In this document: positions 9,801 to 18,048 of the stretch, in pieces
Layout of the letters: each line of letters starts with the position of its first letter
Numbering within the stretch: the stretch's first letter is position 1
Source: Bdellovibrionales bacterium
Lineage (GTDB): Bacteria; Bdellovibrionota; Bdellovibrionia; Bdellovibrionales; UBA1609
Assembly: GCA_965205645.1 (NCBI GenBank)
Contig: OZ242172.1
Coordinates: 348,633-412,632 of the forward strand
DNA: 64,000 bases
Reading direction: 5' to 3'
Notes under the pieces: model-generated
Database searches by the model: none
Told to the model about the DNA's origin: nothing
The model's input: only the letters and a program-made list of their open reading frames with translations
Program-made: the position numbers and the translations under genes

Positions 9801-10115
9801 CCTAAAAATCAAACGGCTACAGAAAATATCGATATAATTAATATATATTTGAATACTTTTATTCCTACACTATATTTTAGGAATGAGTTGATAACCAATC
9901 CAAACTCTTATCCTTATATTCAACAATATGATCTTGAACAGATTCCTATACCTAGAGTTTTATTAAATGATAAAATACTTATTTCAAAGATAAGGGATAA
10001 AATCAAAAAATGTAATAATAAATCACTTGCTTTAGATAGAGTTTGTACTCTTCTGTGTAGCAGCTTGGATCTACCATTAGAAAAGAGCGAAATGCTATTT
10101 AAAATAGCATCTTGA
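6819..10115 (+). CDS. Type IIG restriction-modification fusion (N-terminal PD-(D/E)xK-like nuclease, gamma-class N6-adenine DNA methyltransferase, C-terminal specificity region)
   Basis: GSYYTPDYIVQYIV (motif X), CDPAMGSGHFL (motif I, SAM binding), IGNPPW (motif IV). N-terminal TDMLLVDD ... VPLEAKYW is a candidate D...ExK nuclease site. 1098 aa in a single polypeptide. Confidence 0.8.
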   Translation: MATQKNIKENYLYKYKNPLELVVDNTDSIKNPAYWESTLFSEVYLNNDLKRDFNERWDKDFDDIVFDENGNTKKSGFAHFYNEFRNIAPDLKALTNRKLSETDTITKIIAPILNVLGWFDKCESNAQEPYAAETSFTIKGRGIEKDKTYRTDMLLVDDHREATYISEQETSDQRRGEARRYCIVPLEAKYWNRITDQKGNKKFDSKREDKKKDDTGRSFSFNEQVLNYMNILHKNWGIVTDGNTWRLVHLEISEEDSERCFEFKLESLLSKEQHIGESKNDHGEFLELAKYFYLFFGKPSYVKDDIGKVFIDEVLKESRKYIDSIEEDLTDRFISAMNITCNGLLRAAKENGTITKPTEDDLKLIRTVAESHLFNILFIKSCESRSILPTRNPDYYNISLTRIIDRIKDFDPERYRKSRRDRDYINQKLLKSLNGSKFKPEGTNLYKNLIKLTEVIHEGTEKYDYGFEIKGFKESVFSKIEWNFSKKHCLTDAEMVQVLFQLGYSKSNKTLQRNYRQIPYNYFTPRQLGSIYESFLEYQLDVAQEPMVYLKKGKHKQWIKLTAAIERKLKGCDLIVKNGQLFFTPNNSERKATGSYYTPDYIVQYIVRETISPLCEGKSSKEILELKVCDPAMGSGHFLTGALNFLTREYLKALELEKPSEDIPTKEEAKRIVLDKCIYGMDINPRAVKLAKMSLWLESAHPGKKLERLDDQLFEQDTLKLEKPIVEDISAYIGNPPWVLKRDSDLTEEYKKYIQLNYKSAEGFKKNIFSLFVERVCKWSGDFSVNLVLPDRLLVTPSYIEARKIALKSFTNTKVTILPEESFEDVTASYITFHLYNSKNDIGSIKIYSFKEDSMKVHYNLNELGTNFKINIHRNPSLAPFIEKLNKISKPLSDSYFCHVGMMVKDNKNEFARISDKKRSTRIVKGHCLGKLEVDFTYFFNPNSVTIFGGTKRKKKHAVSPKLLVRKTGNYILSSIDKNSKQPIYAEQSVYLVIPKNQTATENIDIINIYLNTFIPTLYFRNELITNPNSYPYIQQYDLEQIPIPRVLLNDKILISKIRDKIKKCNNKSLALDRVCTLLCSSLDLPLEKSEMLFKIAS

Positions 10116-10155
10116 ATCTTTATAGATTTTATGAATCTTGCTCAGATTTCAATAG

Positions 10156-10560
10156 TTTTTTTATCTAATTAGTATTAGTTTAGAAATAAGCTTTTTTGTT
10201 TCCAATAGAGTAATTAGTAAACTTGATTGCATTCTGTATACAACTATACTTAGCCCTAAAAGGAATATTGGTGATTTAATTTATATTTATACTATATTTC
10301 TGAATTCTAGTTATGCCATAAAATGGTTTTCTAAAAATACGATTATTGAAGGTTACACATGGTAGAGCTCACAACTTGGCTTACCGTTACCATCTCTTGA
10401 GGAAGTCAAGAGTCATCCTCTTTATAAAAAGATTATAAATTTAGGTAAACATCTTTATAGTGAGAAAAGATCTACACTAACAATAGATGAAATAAAATTA
10501 GTAGATGAATTTTATAATTCGTTCACGTTAAATGGAGTCAAACTAAATTTAGCTCCTTAA
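10156..10560 (+). pseudogene. Decayed C-terminal (specificity-domain-like) remnant of a second Type IIG/MTase-type gene
   Basis: One frame reads ...IYIYTIFLNSSYAIKWFSKNTIIEGYTW*SSQLGLPLPSLEEVKSHPLYKKIINLGKHLY...LAP*. It has an in-frame TAG at 10363-10365 and no start codon. The pattern parallels the C-terminus of the upstream enzyme (IYLNTFIPTLYF...LEQIPIPRV...). Confidence 0.45.
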
Positions 10561-10787
10561 TGTAAAAACAATGTATTTTTTAGATACCATCTTGGCGGTG
10601 TCTAACGTATACAACATATTTAGTTCCCGTACTCTCTACCATTTATGAATTTTTCAATATTTGATCACCAGTTAAAATAGAGAGCTAATTTTTATTAAAA
10701 TTTCCTTTGCTATTTTAAAATTATAATTTTTAGTAAAAACTGCCGATTACTCATCTATAATCTTAAAAAAATTAGTGAGATAAAAAA

Positions 10788-12794
10788 ATGAAAAATCATC
10801 GGTATTTGACAAAATCACGCTTTAAACTTGGGTTGGAGTGTCCAACAAAACTCTATTATACAAAAAAGCCAGAATATTCAAATCAAACAAAGGATGACCC
10901 CTTTCTTTCTGCTCTTGCAGATGGAGGTTATCAGGTTGGCGAACTTGCAAAGTTATACTTTCCTAATGGACATAACATCACAACGCTTGATTCTGAAGAA
11001 GCAGAAGCACAAACGCTGAACCTGTTACAGCAAGATGAAGTGATTATTTATGAACCTGCTATTAAATTCAAAAATCTTTTTATAAGGGTTGATGTCTTAG
11101 TTAAAAAAGGTAATTGCTTTCAACTCATTGAGGTAAAATCCAAGTCATTTGATACAAATAAAGAAAAACCATTTTTAAGTAAAACAGGAACGATAAGATC
11201 AAGTTGGAAACCCTACTTATACGATATCGCTTTTCAAAAATATGTCCTGACAAGTGCTTACCCTGAAGCTTCGGTTACTTCCTATTTAATGCTGGTAGAT
11301 AAAAATATAAAATGCCCGATTGAAGGTCTAAATCAGAAATTTAAAATTATTAAAGATAAAAATAATAGAAAAGGAATTAAAGTCTCTAATACTCTACCTA
11401 AGGAATGTTTAGAGGAGAAAATATTGATACAAGTTCCTGTGGATGAAGAAATTCAGCTTATTTATGATGGCAAAGATTCAAAAGAACAAACAGAGAGAAG
11501 CTTTTTTGATAATATTATATTCTTAGCTGAGAAATATGAAAAAGACGAAAAAATAGTATCAGACATTGGATCAAAGTGTGCAAAATGTGAATTTACCTGC
11601 TCAAACGAAGAGGAAAAAAGTGGCTTCAAAAGTGGTTTTAAAGAGTGTTGGTCATCAAAACTAAATTGGTCTGATAAAGACTTTAAAGATGAAAATGTTT
11701 TAAGCATTTGGAGTTTTAGAAAAAAAGATGAACTAATAAAACAAGGAAAAATAAAGTTAGCTAATCTAGTTAAAGAGGATATAGCTCCTAAAGAAGATAA
11801 AAAACCAGGTATATCCGCCAGCCAAAGACAATGGTTGCAAGTGGAAATGGCTCAAAAAAAAGAGACGAAACCTTTCTTGGATGTTCCAGGGTTGAAAAAC
11901 GAAATGGACAAGTGGGTATTCCCGTTACATTTTATTGATTTTGAAACAACAAAAGTTGCTTTTCCTTTTAATAAAGGTCGTAAGCCCTATGAAGGAGTCG
12001 CTTTTCAATTTTCTCATCATGTAGTCTATGAAGACGGAACAGTAGAACACGCTGGACAATATCTAAATACAAAACAAGGTTTTTTTCCTAACTATGAATT
12101 TGCAAGACAACTAAAGAGTGAGCTTGAAAAAGATAAAGGCACTATATTTAGATATGCTAGCCATGAGAATACATACTTGAATAAAATCTATTGTCAGTTG
12201 TTAGAAGACCAAAGCAACATTCCAGACAGAGAGGCTCTTTGTGAGTTTATAAAATCCATTACAAAATCTGATAAATCTAGTCCTGAAAAATGGGAAGGTG
12301 ATAGATGTATGGTGGATATGTTTGAGCTGGTAAAAAGATTTTTTTATGATCCTTATACCAAAGGCTCTAATTCCATTAAGCAAGTTCTTCCTGCTGTTTT
12401 AAATTCCTCAGAGTTTTTACAGAAAAAATACAGTAAATCTATTTATGGCTCTTCAGGAGGTATAAAAAGTTTAAATTTTAAGGACTGGAAATGGATTGAT
12501 TGGAAAGAGGGAAAGATTATTAACCCTTATAAAATGCTACCTAAGATGTTTCAGGATGTATCTGATAAGGATATGGAACTCTTATCAGAAGAGAATGAAC
12601 TATCCGATGGTGGAGCGGCTTTAACTGCTTATGGAAGAATGCAATTTAGTGAAATAACCGAGTATGAAAAAAGAGAGCTTGAATCCGCTTTACTTAAATA
12701 TTGTGAATTAGATACACTTGCAATGGTTATGATTTACGAAGCTTGGCGGGATATGTTAGATACTAAATTAAAAGAAAACAAAATAGCTGGGTAA
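10788..12794 (+). CDS. DUF2779-type protein: N-terminal Cas4/RecB-like PD-(D/E)xK nuclease fused to a C-terminal RNase H-fold (DnaQ-like) exonuclease-like domain
   Basis: N-terminus YLTKSRFKLGLECPTKLYY (typical DUF2779 start), FIRVDVLV...QLIEVKSKS (D...ExK), CAKCEFTC Cys cluster, HFIDFET (DxE) and CELDTLAMVMIYEA (distal Asp). Confidence 0.7.
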   Translation: MKNHRYLTKSRFKLGLECPTKLYYTKKPEYSNQTKDDPFLSALADGGYQVGELAKLYFPNGHNITTLDSEEAEAQTLNLLQQDEVIIYEPAIKFKNLFIRVDVLVKKGNCFQLIEVKSKSFDTNKEKPFLSKTGTIRSSWKPYLYDIAFQKYVLTSAYPEASVTSYLMLVDKNIKCPIEGLNQKFKIIKDKNNRKGIKVSNTLPKECLEEKILIQVPVDEEIQLIYDGKDSKEQTERSFFDNIIFLAEKYEKDEKIVSDIGSKCAKCEFTCSNEEEKSGFKSGFKECWSSKLNWSDKDFKDENVLSIWSFRKKDELIKQGKIKLANLVKEDIAPKEDKKPGISASQRQWLQVEMAQKKETKPFLDVPGLKNEMDKWVFPLHFIDFETTKVAFPFNKGRKPYEGVAFQFSHHVVYEDGTVEHAGQYLNTKQGFFPNYEFARQLKSELEKDKGTIFRYASHENTYLNKIYCQLLEDQSNIPDREALCEFIKSITKSDKSSPEKWEGDRCMVDMFELVKRFFYDPYTKGSNSIKQVLPAVLNSSEFLQKKYSKSIYGSSGGIKSLNFKDWKWIDWKEGKIINPYKMLPKMFQDVSDKDMELLSEENELSDGGAALTAYGRMQFSEITEYEKRELESALLKYCELDTLAMVMIYEAWRDMLDTKLKENKIAG

Positions 12795-12801
12795 AAGTTG
12801 A

Positions 12802-13326
12802 TTAACGGTATGTTTTGGGTTTTTTACATTTAATAGAATTTTTCTTTATAACACAAGTATTCTGCGTCTTGGTTCCCATATGTGTGGAATCCTTATAAAA
12901 AAAACTGTTTTGATCCCATCGCACATATGTAGTGATAGCTCCATAAGTGGGAATTTTAATCCATTTTAAAACTTTGTTATCTTTTACAAGAGTAAAATAA
13001 AGGTTTCCCCACCAGTTTTTTTCATATTCAATATAAATTATTTTCTGTGAAGTATTGAGAGGATTCGGACAAACTGTAATATCCGGGTTTTTATACTGTT
13101 TCAGATAATGCGCTTTCTTTGATTTGGAAAGGGATTTTGATTTAACAAGATTATCATAATGGGCATTCAGTTGTTCATTAAATTTTTCTTTAAATGTCTC
13201 TAATAAAGGGGCTGGTGTTTTCATTTCTTTTGTAGTGCAAAAAGATTGCTGAGATAAAGCCTTATGGGTTGAGAATAAAACAGGTATACAAAAGAGAATG
13301 AATTTAGAATAATTCAATAGAGGCAT
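12802..13326 (-). CDS. Hypothetical secreted protein
   Basis: The ORF from internal Met gives the signal-like N-terminus MPLLNYSKFILFCIPVLFSTHKALS. This start sits directly downstream of the ATPase stop (13328). No family recognised. Confidence 0.45.
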   Translation of the reverse strand: MPLLNYSKFILFCIPVLFSTHKALSQQSFCTTKEMKTPAPLLETFKEKFNEQLNAHYDNLVKSKSLSKSKKAHYLKQYKNPDITVCPNPLNTSQKIIYIEYEKNWWGNLYFTLVKDNKVLKWIKIPTYGAITTYVRWDQNSFFYKDSTHMGTKTQNTCVIKKNSIKCKKPKTYR

Positions 13327-13327
13327 T

Positions 13328-14467
13328 TTAAACAATATCTCCTTTCCATAACTTTTCAAGAAATTTTTCCCAGGGAAAAATTTTAATGTTGTCCTTTGTT
13401 ACACGCTTTACTGAATCAAGAGAAACAACTATATATTGTTCTATCAGTTTTTCTTCTTTTAAAGCTCTGATCCCCTTGAGATGCTTATCTTGAACTAATT
13501 CAGTTGATTTGATTTCAATTGCGACTTTGTTGCCAATGATAAGATCCACTTCAGATTGTGATGTGGATCTCCAATAAGCCATACCAAAAAGTTTTCTGGA
13601 ATAACTAAGGTAAGCTCGTACCTCCAAAATAATAAAATGCTCAAAAGCTTTTCCAAAAAGCTCGCTTCTTTTCTTAATTACACCTCGCTGGCAAAGAGCA
13701 TTAACAACCCCTACATCAAAAAAATAATACTTTGCCCTTGTGATTGCTTTTCTTTTTCTTGTTTTTACATAGCCTGCTAACGAAAATCCCAGCAAAGTGT
13801 CATTCAATATTTCAATATAATTTTTCACAGTACCTGGAGAAGTTTGTAAATCCCTAGAAAGGTTTTCATAATTTATTTCCTGACCATTAGAAAGAGCGAT
13901 TAAATCCAAGAACTCTGCAAAAGCTTGAACATTTCTTGTAAGAGATTCATTTTGTATTTCCTCCCTCAAATAAAGACTGATATAGGCATTTAATTCCTCC
14001 TGATAGTCAGAAGAATTGTAAATAGAAGGAAGTCCTCCCCGATTGAGATATTTCATCAAGTTGAATTGAGGAATTTCTGACCAAGAAAGAGGAAACATGT
14101 TTGCCTGCCAAGCTCTTCCAGCAAGTAAATTCACAGCCGGTTTCTTCATTTTTCTGGAACTACTTCCTGTCAGAAGAAAACGATATCCCTTTTTTTGAAT
14201 CAACCTATGAACTTCGTCTAAAAGTGTAGGCTGTTTCTGTATCTCATCAATAACAATTACTTTTTCTCCTGGACTGTTTTCCTCTTCTAGTATTTTAGGT
14301 CGCTTTAAAAGGCGTCTGTAGGTTTCTGCATCCAGAAGATCATAGATTCTGGCCTCCTTCAAACTTTGTTGAATTAAAGTTGTTTTTCCCGTTGCCCGAG
14401 GGCCAAAGAGGAAAAAAGATTTTTTCTTAAGAAGTTGTCTTAAATCCAATTTTCTTTTGTAAAACAT
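13328..14467 (-). CDS. AAA_14/DUF4143-type ATPase (P-loop ATPase, wHTH-like middle region, C-terminal PD-(D/E)xK-like module)
   Basis: Walker A GPRATGKTT, Walker B VIVIDEIQ, LLTGSSSRK, C-terminal SEVDLIIGNKVAIEIKS. Paralog of 15100-16278, 56186-57331 and 57529-58665. Confidence 0.8.
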   Translation of the reverse strand: MFYKRKLDLRQLLKKKSFFLFGPRATGKTTLIQQSLKEARIYDLLDAETYRRLLKRPKILEEENSPGEKVIVIDEIQKQPTLLDEVHRLIQKKGYRFLLTGSSSRKMKKPAVNLLAGRAWQANMFPLSWSEIPQFNLMKYLNRGGLPSIYNSSDYQEELNAYISLYLREEIQNESLTRNVQAFAEFLDLIALSNGQEINYENLSRDLQTSPGTVKNYIEILNDTLLGFSLAGYVKTRKRKAITRAKYYFFDVGVVNALCQRGVIKKRSELFGKAFEHFIILEVRAYLSYSRKLFGMAYWRSTSQSEVDLIIGNKVAIEIKSTELVQDKHLKGIRALKEEKLIEQYIVVSLDSVKRVTKDNIKIFPWEKFLEKLWKGDIV

Positions 14468-14733
14468 ATTTTCTCTTTGTTAAAATCCACAACATAGTTG
14501 TTGATTTTCATTATTTTCAACAACTTAATTATGGATTTTCAAATCTATTTTGTCAAGATTTTACCATTTCTTTTGAGTCCAGATAGGAAGGAAAAGCTTT
14601 TTTTCACTATCTTTTTAAAGATAATCAAACATTTAGACCGCCATTTTATAGACCACTTTTATCTGTTTTTTAACTTCCATCAATTCTGGATTTTCAAATA
14701 GAATCGGTATAAAGTATAAATAAGGAGGAAACT

Positions 14734-14943
14734 ATGAAAAGTAGAAACTGGCAATGTCCTAAATGTAATCACCATGCCTGTGATGTTGACAAAATTTCAA
14801 CCACAGGTGGAATGCTTACAAAATGGCTCAACTTACAAAGTAAAAAATTTTCCACGGTTACTTGCAAAAAATGTAAATATACAGAGTTATATAAAGCCAC
14901 GACCAATCAATTAGAAAATATATTTGATTTTCTCTCTGGATAA
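14734..14943 (+). CDS. Small zinc-ribbon protein
   Basis: CPKCNHHAC ... CKKCKYTE (two CxxC pairs). Strong SD AAGGAGG 5 nt upstream of the ATG. Confidence 0.6.
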   Translation: MKSRNWQCPKCNHHACDVDKISTTGGMLTKWLNLQSKKFSTVTCKKCKYTELYKATTNQLENIFDFLSG

Positions 14944-15099
14944 ATACAAACAAGCTCTTCTAAAAAAGAGAGTAATTTATGACAAAATTAAAGGCATATA
15001 GTGTGGATGGTTTTTTACATTGCCAGTGTAATTAAAGAATCATATAAACTATTTGACTTGCATATATTCCGTGGATTATCATGATAATACACGAAATAG

Positions 15100-16278
15100 A
15101 TGAGGAAAAAAATGATTACTAGATATTTAAATCCAATGATGTTATTGAAAAAGTCATCCCATTTTCTTCTGGGTCCAAGAGCAGTGGGAAAAAGCACACT
15201 TATCAAAGCATGTTGTCTTAAAAGTTCTTCTAGTTCTAAAAGCTTTTCTGTGGATTATATAAATTTGCTGGATTCAAATCTCTATTTGCGATTAAAAAGC
15301 GATCCCTCTCTTTTGAGTTCTCTAATAAGTAAAAAATATGTGATTATTGATGAAGTTCAAAGAGTTCCTGAACTGCTTAACGAAGTACATCGTTTGATCG
15401 AGGATGAAAAAAAATATTTTTTACTTACGGGTAGCAGTGCAAGAAAGATCAGGCGAGGAAAGGCAAACCTTTTAGCCGGTCGTGCCTTTAGATCAGAGTT
15501 GTTCCCATTAACTTGGTTTGAACTTGCAGAGAATAAAAAATTCAAATTAAATCGTTATCTTCGCTTTGGAGGTTTGCCTTTAGCTTATTTAAAAAAACAT
15601 GGTGAGGAGTATCTCTATAACTATGTGGATACCTACCTGAAAGAAGAGATTCAATCGGAAGCTATAGTGCGCAATTTGCCTAATTATATAAGGTTTTTAC
15701 AAAGCGCCGCTTTTAATAATGCTCAACTGCTCAATTATACAAAGATAGCTAATGATTCTCAACTCTCACCTAATACTGTGAGAGACTATTATCAAATTTT
15801 AGAAGATACTTTAATTGGTTTTTCTGTATTTCCCTGGACACAATCAATCAAACGAAAAGCTGTTCAAACCGCAAAGTTTTATTTTTTTGATCCGGGTATT
15901 GTACATACTCTTTGTGAGACACAATCTCTGGACCCTAATAGTGATCTTTTTGGTCGGGCTTTTGAACAATTTATCGCTTGTGAGTTAAGAGCTTACCTTT
16001 CTTATAAAACAATCCGCACGCAGCTTAGATATTGGAGATCAAAATCGGGTTTTGAAGTTGATTTTGTTATTGGAAACAAAATGGCTATAGAGGTAAAATC
16101 CAGTAAAAAAATCAGTTTAAGGAACCATAAAGGTTTGTTGGCTATTAGTGAGGAAAATAATTGGAAGCATCTCATCATTGTTTCTCAGGATCCGATTGAA
16201 GCACAATTTAAAAATGGAATTCAACATTTGTATTGGGAAAATTTTTTAAAAAAATTGTGGAAAGGTAAGTTTTTTTGA
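15100..16278 (+). CDS. AAA_14/DUF4143-type ATPase (paralog)
   Basis: Walker A GPRAVGKST, Walker B YVIIDEVQ, LLTGSSARK, FEVDFVIGNKMAIEVKSS. The C-terminal YWENFLKKLWKG is shared with the paralogs. Confidence 0.8.
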   Translation: MRKKMITRYLNPMMLLKKSSHFLLGPRAVGKSTLIKACCLKSSSSSKSFSVDYINLLDSNLYLRLKSDPSLLSSLISKKYVIIDEVQRVPELLNEVHRLIEDEKKYFLLTGSSARKIRRGKANLLAGRAFRSELFPLTWFELAENKKFKLNRYLRFGGLPLAYLKKHGEEYLYNYVDTYLKEEIQSEAIVRNLPNYIRFLQSAAFNNAQLLNYTKIANDSQLSPNTVRDYYQILEDTLIGFSVFPWTQSIKRKAVQTAKFYFFDPGIVHTLCETQSLDPNSDLFGRAFEQFIACELRAYLSYKTIRTQLRYWRSKSGFEVDFVIGNKMAIEVKSSKKISLRNHKGLLAISEENNWKHLIIVSQDPIEAQFKNGIQHLYWENFLKKLWKGKFF

Positions 16279-16581
16279 TAAAATCTGTAAAATATAAAAT
16301 TTAGAATGGTTATGTAAATATATTATTGAAATAAAATAGATTGGAGTTTCTTTTTTGTAGATTCTTTTCCATAGGTTTTAACAGCTCGCTGGAGGTTTTT
16401 TTGATCCAGTTTCCTGAGTTGTCTTTTTAATAAGCTTTTATGTTTTACAGTGTCTTCTGCTAATTTATTAAAGCGGTTTAAAAATTCAACATATAAAAAC
16501 TCTTTGAAAAGTTTTCGAGAAAAATCCTGTTAAATTAAAATTTGAATCTAAAAAATTAATAAAATTAGATACTTATAAAAA

Positions 16582-16656
16582 TGGCATTCCCTACGGGACT
16601 TGAACCCGTGTCTTCACCTTGAAAGGGTGATATCCTAACCACTAGACGAAGGGAAC
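16582..16656 (-). tRNA. tRNA-Glu (anticodon UUC), CCA encoded
   Basis: The reverse complement GTTCCCTTCGTCTAGTGGTTAGGATATCACCCTTTCAAGGTGAAGACACGGGTTCAAGTCCCGTAGGGAATGCCA folds as a cloverleaf. Anticodon loop is CTTTCAA. Confidence 0.9.
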
Positions 16657-16660
16657 AGTG

Positions 16661-16733
16661 TGACCCGCCTTGGACTCGAACCAAGGACCCTCTCCTTAAA
16701 AGGGAGATGCTCTACCAACTGAGCTAGCGGATC
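16661..16733 (-). tRNA. tRNA-Lys (anticodon UUU), CCA not encoded
   Basis: Reverse complement is GATCCGCTAGCTCAGTTGGTAGAGCATCTCCCTTTTAAGGAGAGGGTCCTTGGTTCGAGTCCAAGGCGGGTCA. Anticodon stem TCTCC/GGAGA, loop CTTTTAA. Confidence 0.9.
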
Positions 16734-16737
16734 ATAG

Positions 16738-18048
16738 TCAATCATTAAACAAAGGTCTGCATTGTATTATTTTTTCTCTTTCTACACCAATAGAAACCAC
16801 ATCAATAGGAATATCTAGCTTTTTTTGGATAAATTGCACATAATTATAAGCATTCGTGGGCAAATCTGCCATCTTTTTTATATGCGAAATATCCGTTCCC
16901 CAACCTGGTAGTTGCTCATATATAGGCTCACATAAAGATAGATCTTCCGATCGGATAGGAAAATGTGAAATGACTTTTCCACGTAATTTGTAGGCCGTAC
17001 AAACCGGAATTTCTTTTAGCTGAGATAAAATGTCCAATTTCATTAAAGCTAAATGAGTGACCCCATTGATGCGGGTAGCGTAACTTAAAGCCACTAAATC
17101 CAACCAACCACAACGCCTCGCTCGCCCTGTCGTCGCTCCCCACTCTTCACCAGATTCTCGCAAATAACCTTGCATCGTATTGTGACATTCAGTAGGGAAA
17201 GGCCCTTCCCCCACTCGTGTCGTGTAACTTTTCACAATAGCTACTACCTTCTGAATGGCAGCTGATCCTATGCCAACACTCACTAGAGCCATACTCGCTA
17301 AAGTATTAGAGCTGGTTACATACGGATAAGTTCCATGCAAGATATCTAATAAGCCACCCTGCGCTCCCTCAAATAGTACCTTTTTTTTCTGAGCTAAGGC
17401 TTGATGAATGACACTAGAAATGTCATTTAAACGATGACACTCTAATTTTTGTCGCAAAACTAAAATATCTTGTAAAATGCTACTCATTGGACGAGGCTTT
17501 TTATGATAAAATTTTTCAATTAAAAAATGTTTTTCTGCAATCGCTGCACTTAATTTCTTTTTTAAGATATTTTCCGGATCAAATAAATCACCAAATAATA
17601 AAGCTTTCCTGGAAGCTCTGTCTTCATAAGCCGGGCCGATTCCTTTACCCGTTGTGCCTATTTTGCCCGAATGAGCTGCGTCTTCACGCGCTTGATCTAG
17701 TTCACGGTGGTAATCCAACAAAACAGTTGCTGAATCAGAAATTAACAATTGAGAAGAGTGAGCTAAATAGCCTAACTGTTTGACCGCTTGTATTTCATCT
17801 ACAAGGGCTGCAATATCTACGGCTACTCCTGGTGCAATAATGCACACAGTGGATGGATGGAAAATGCCAGAAGGAATTAAATGTAAAACTTGTCGCTGAC
17901 CTTTGATATATAAAGTATGACCAGCGTTAACGCCACCTTGATAACGAACGACATAATCCGCTTGACTAGAAAAAACATCAATTGCTTTTCCTTTTCCCTC
18001 ATCCCCCCACTGGGCCCCTATGACGATAATACCAGACACAAAAGACAT
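16738..18048 (-). CDS. purA: Adenylosuccinate synthetase
   Basis: GAQWGDEGKGK P-loop, GTTGKGIGPAYEDR, GATTGRARRCGWLD. The ATG at 18048 (MSFVSGIIVIGAQWGDEGKGK) is preferred over the TTG at 18075 used by the track. Confidence 0.9.
   Translation of the reverse strand: MSFVSGIIVIGAQWGDEGKGKAIDVFSSQADYVVRYQGGVNAGHTLYIKGQRQVLHLIPSGIFHPSTVCIIAPGVAVDIAALVDEIQAVKQLGYLAHSSQLLISDSATVLLDYHRELDQAREDAAHSGKIGTTGKGIGPAYEDRASRKALLFGDLFDPENILKKKLSAAIAEKHFLIEKFYHKKPRPMSSILQDILVLRQKLECHRLNDISSVIHQALAQKKKVLFEGAQGGLLDILHGTYPYVTSSNTLASMALVSVGIGSAAIQKVVAIVKSYTTRVGEGPFPTECHNTMQGYLRESGEEWGATTGRARRCGWLDLVALSYATRINGVTHLALMKLDILSQLKEIPVCTAYKLRGKVISHFPIRSEDLSLCEPIYEQLPGWGTDISHIKKMADLPTNAYNYVQFIQKKLDIPIDVVSIGVEREKIIQCRPLFND

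Noticed and set aside
14498-14701. 67-aa ORF in the divergent region upstream of the Zn-ribbon gene
   Set aside because: Phe/Ile/Leu-rich translation typical of AT-rich non-coding DNA, TTG start, no RBS. More likely promoter space.
1-16580. Searched the island for an integrase or transposase, terminal inverted repeats, or a direct repeat of the tRNA-Glu/Lys 3' ends
   Set aside because: None was recognised by eye. The island call therefore rests on gene content, composition and tRNA adjacency only.
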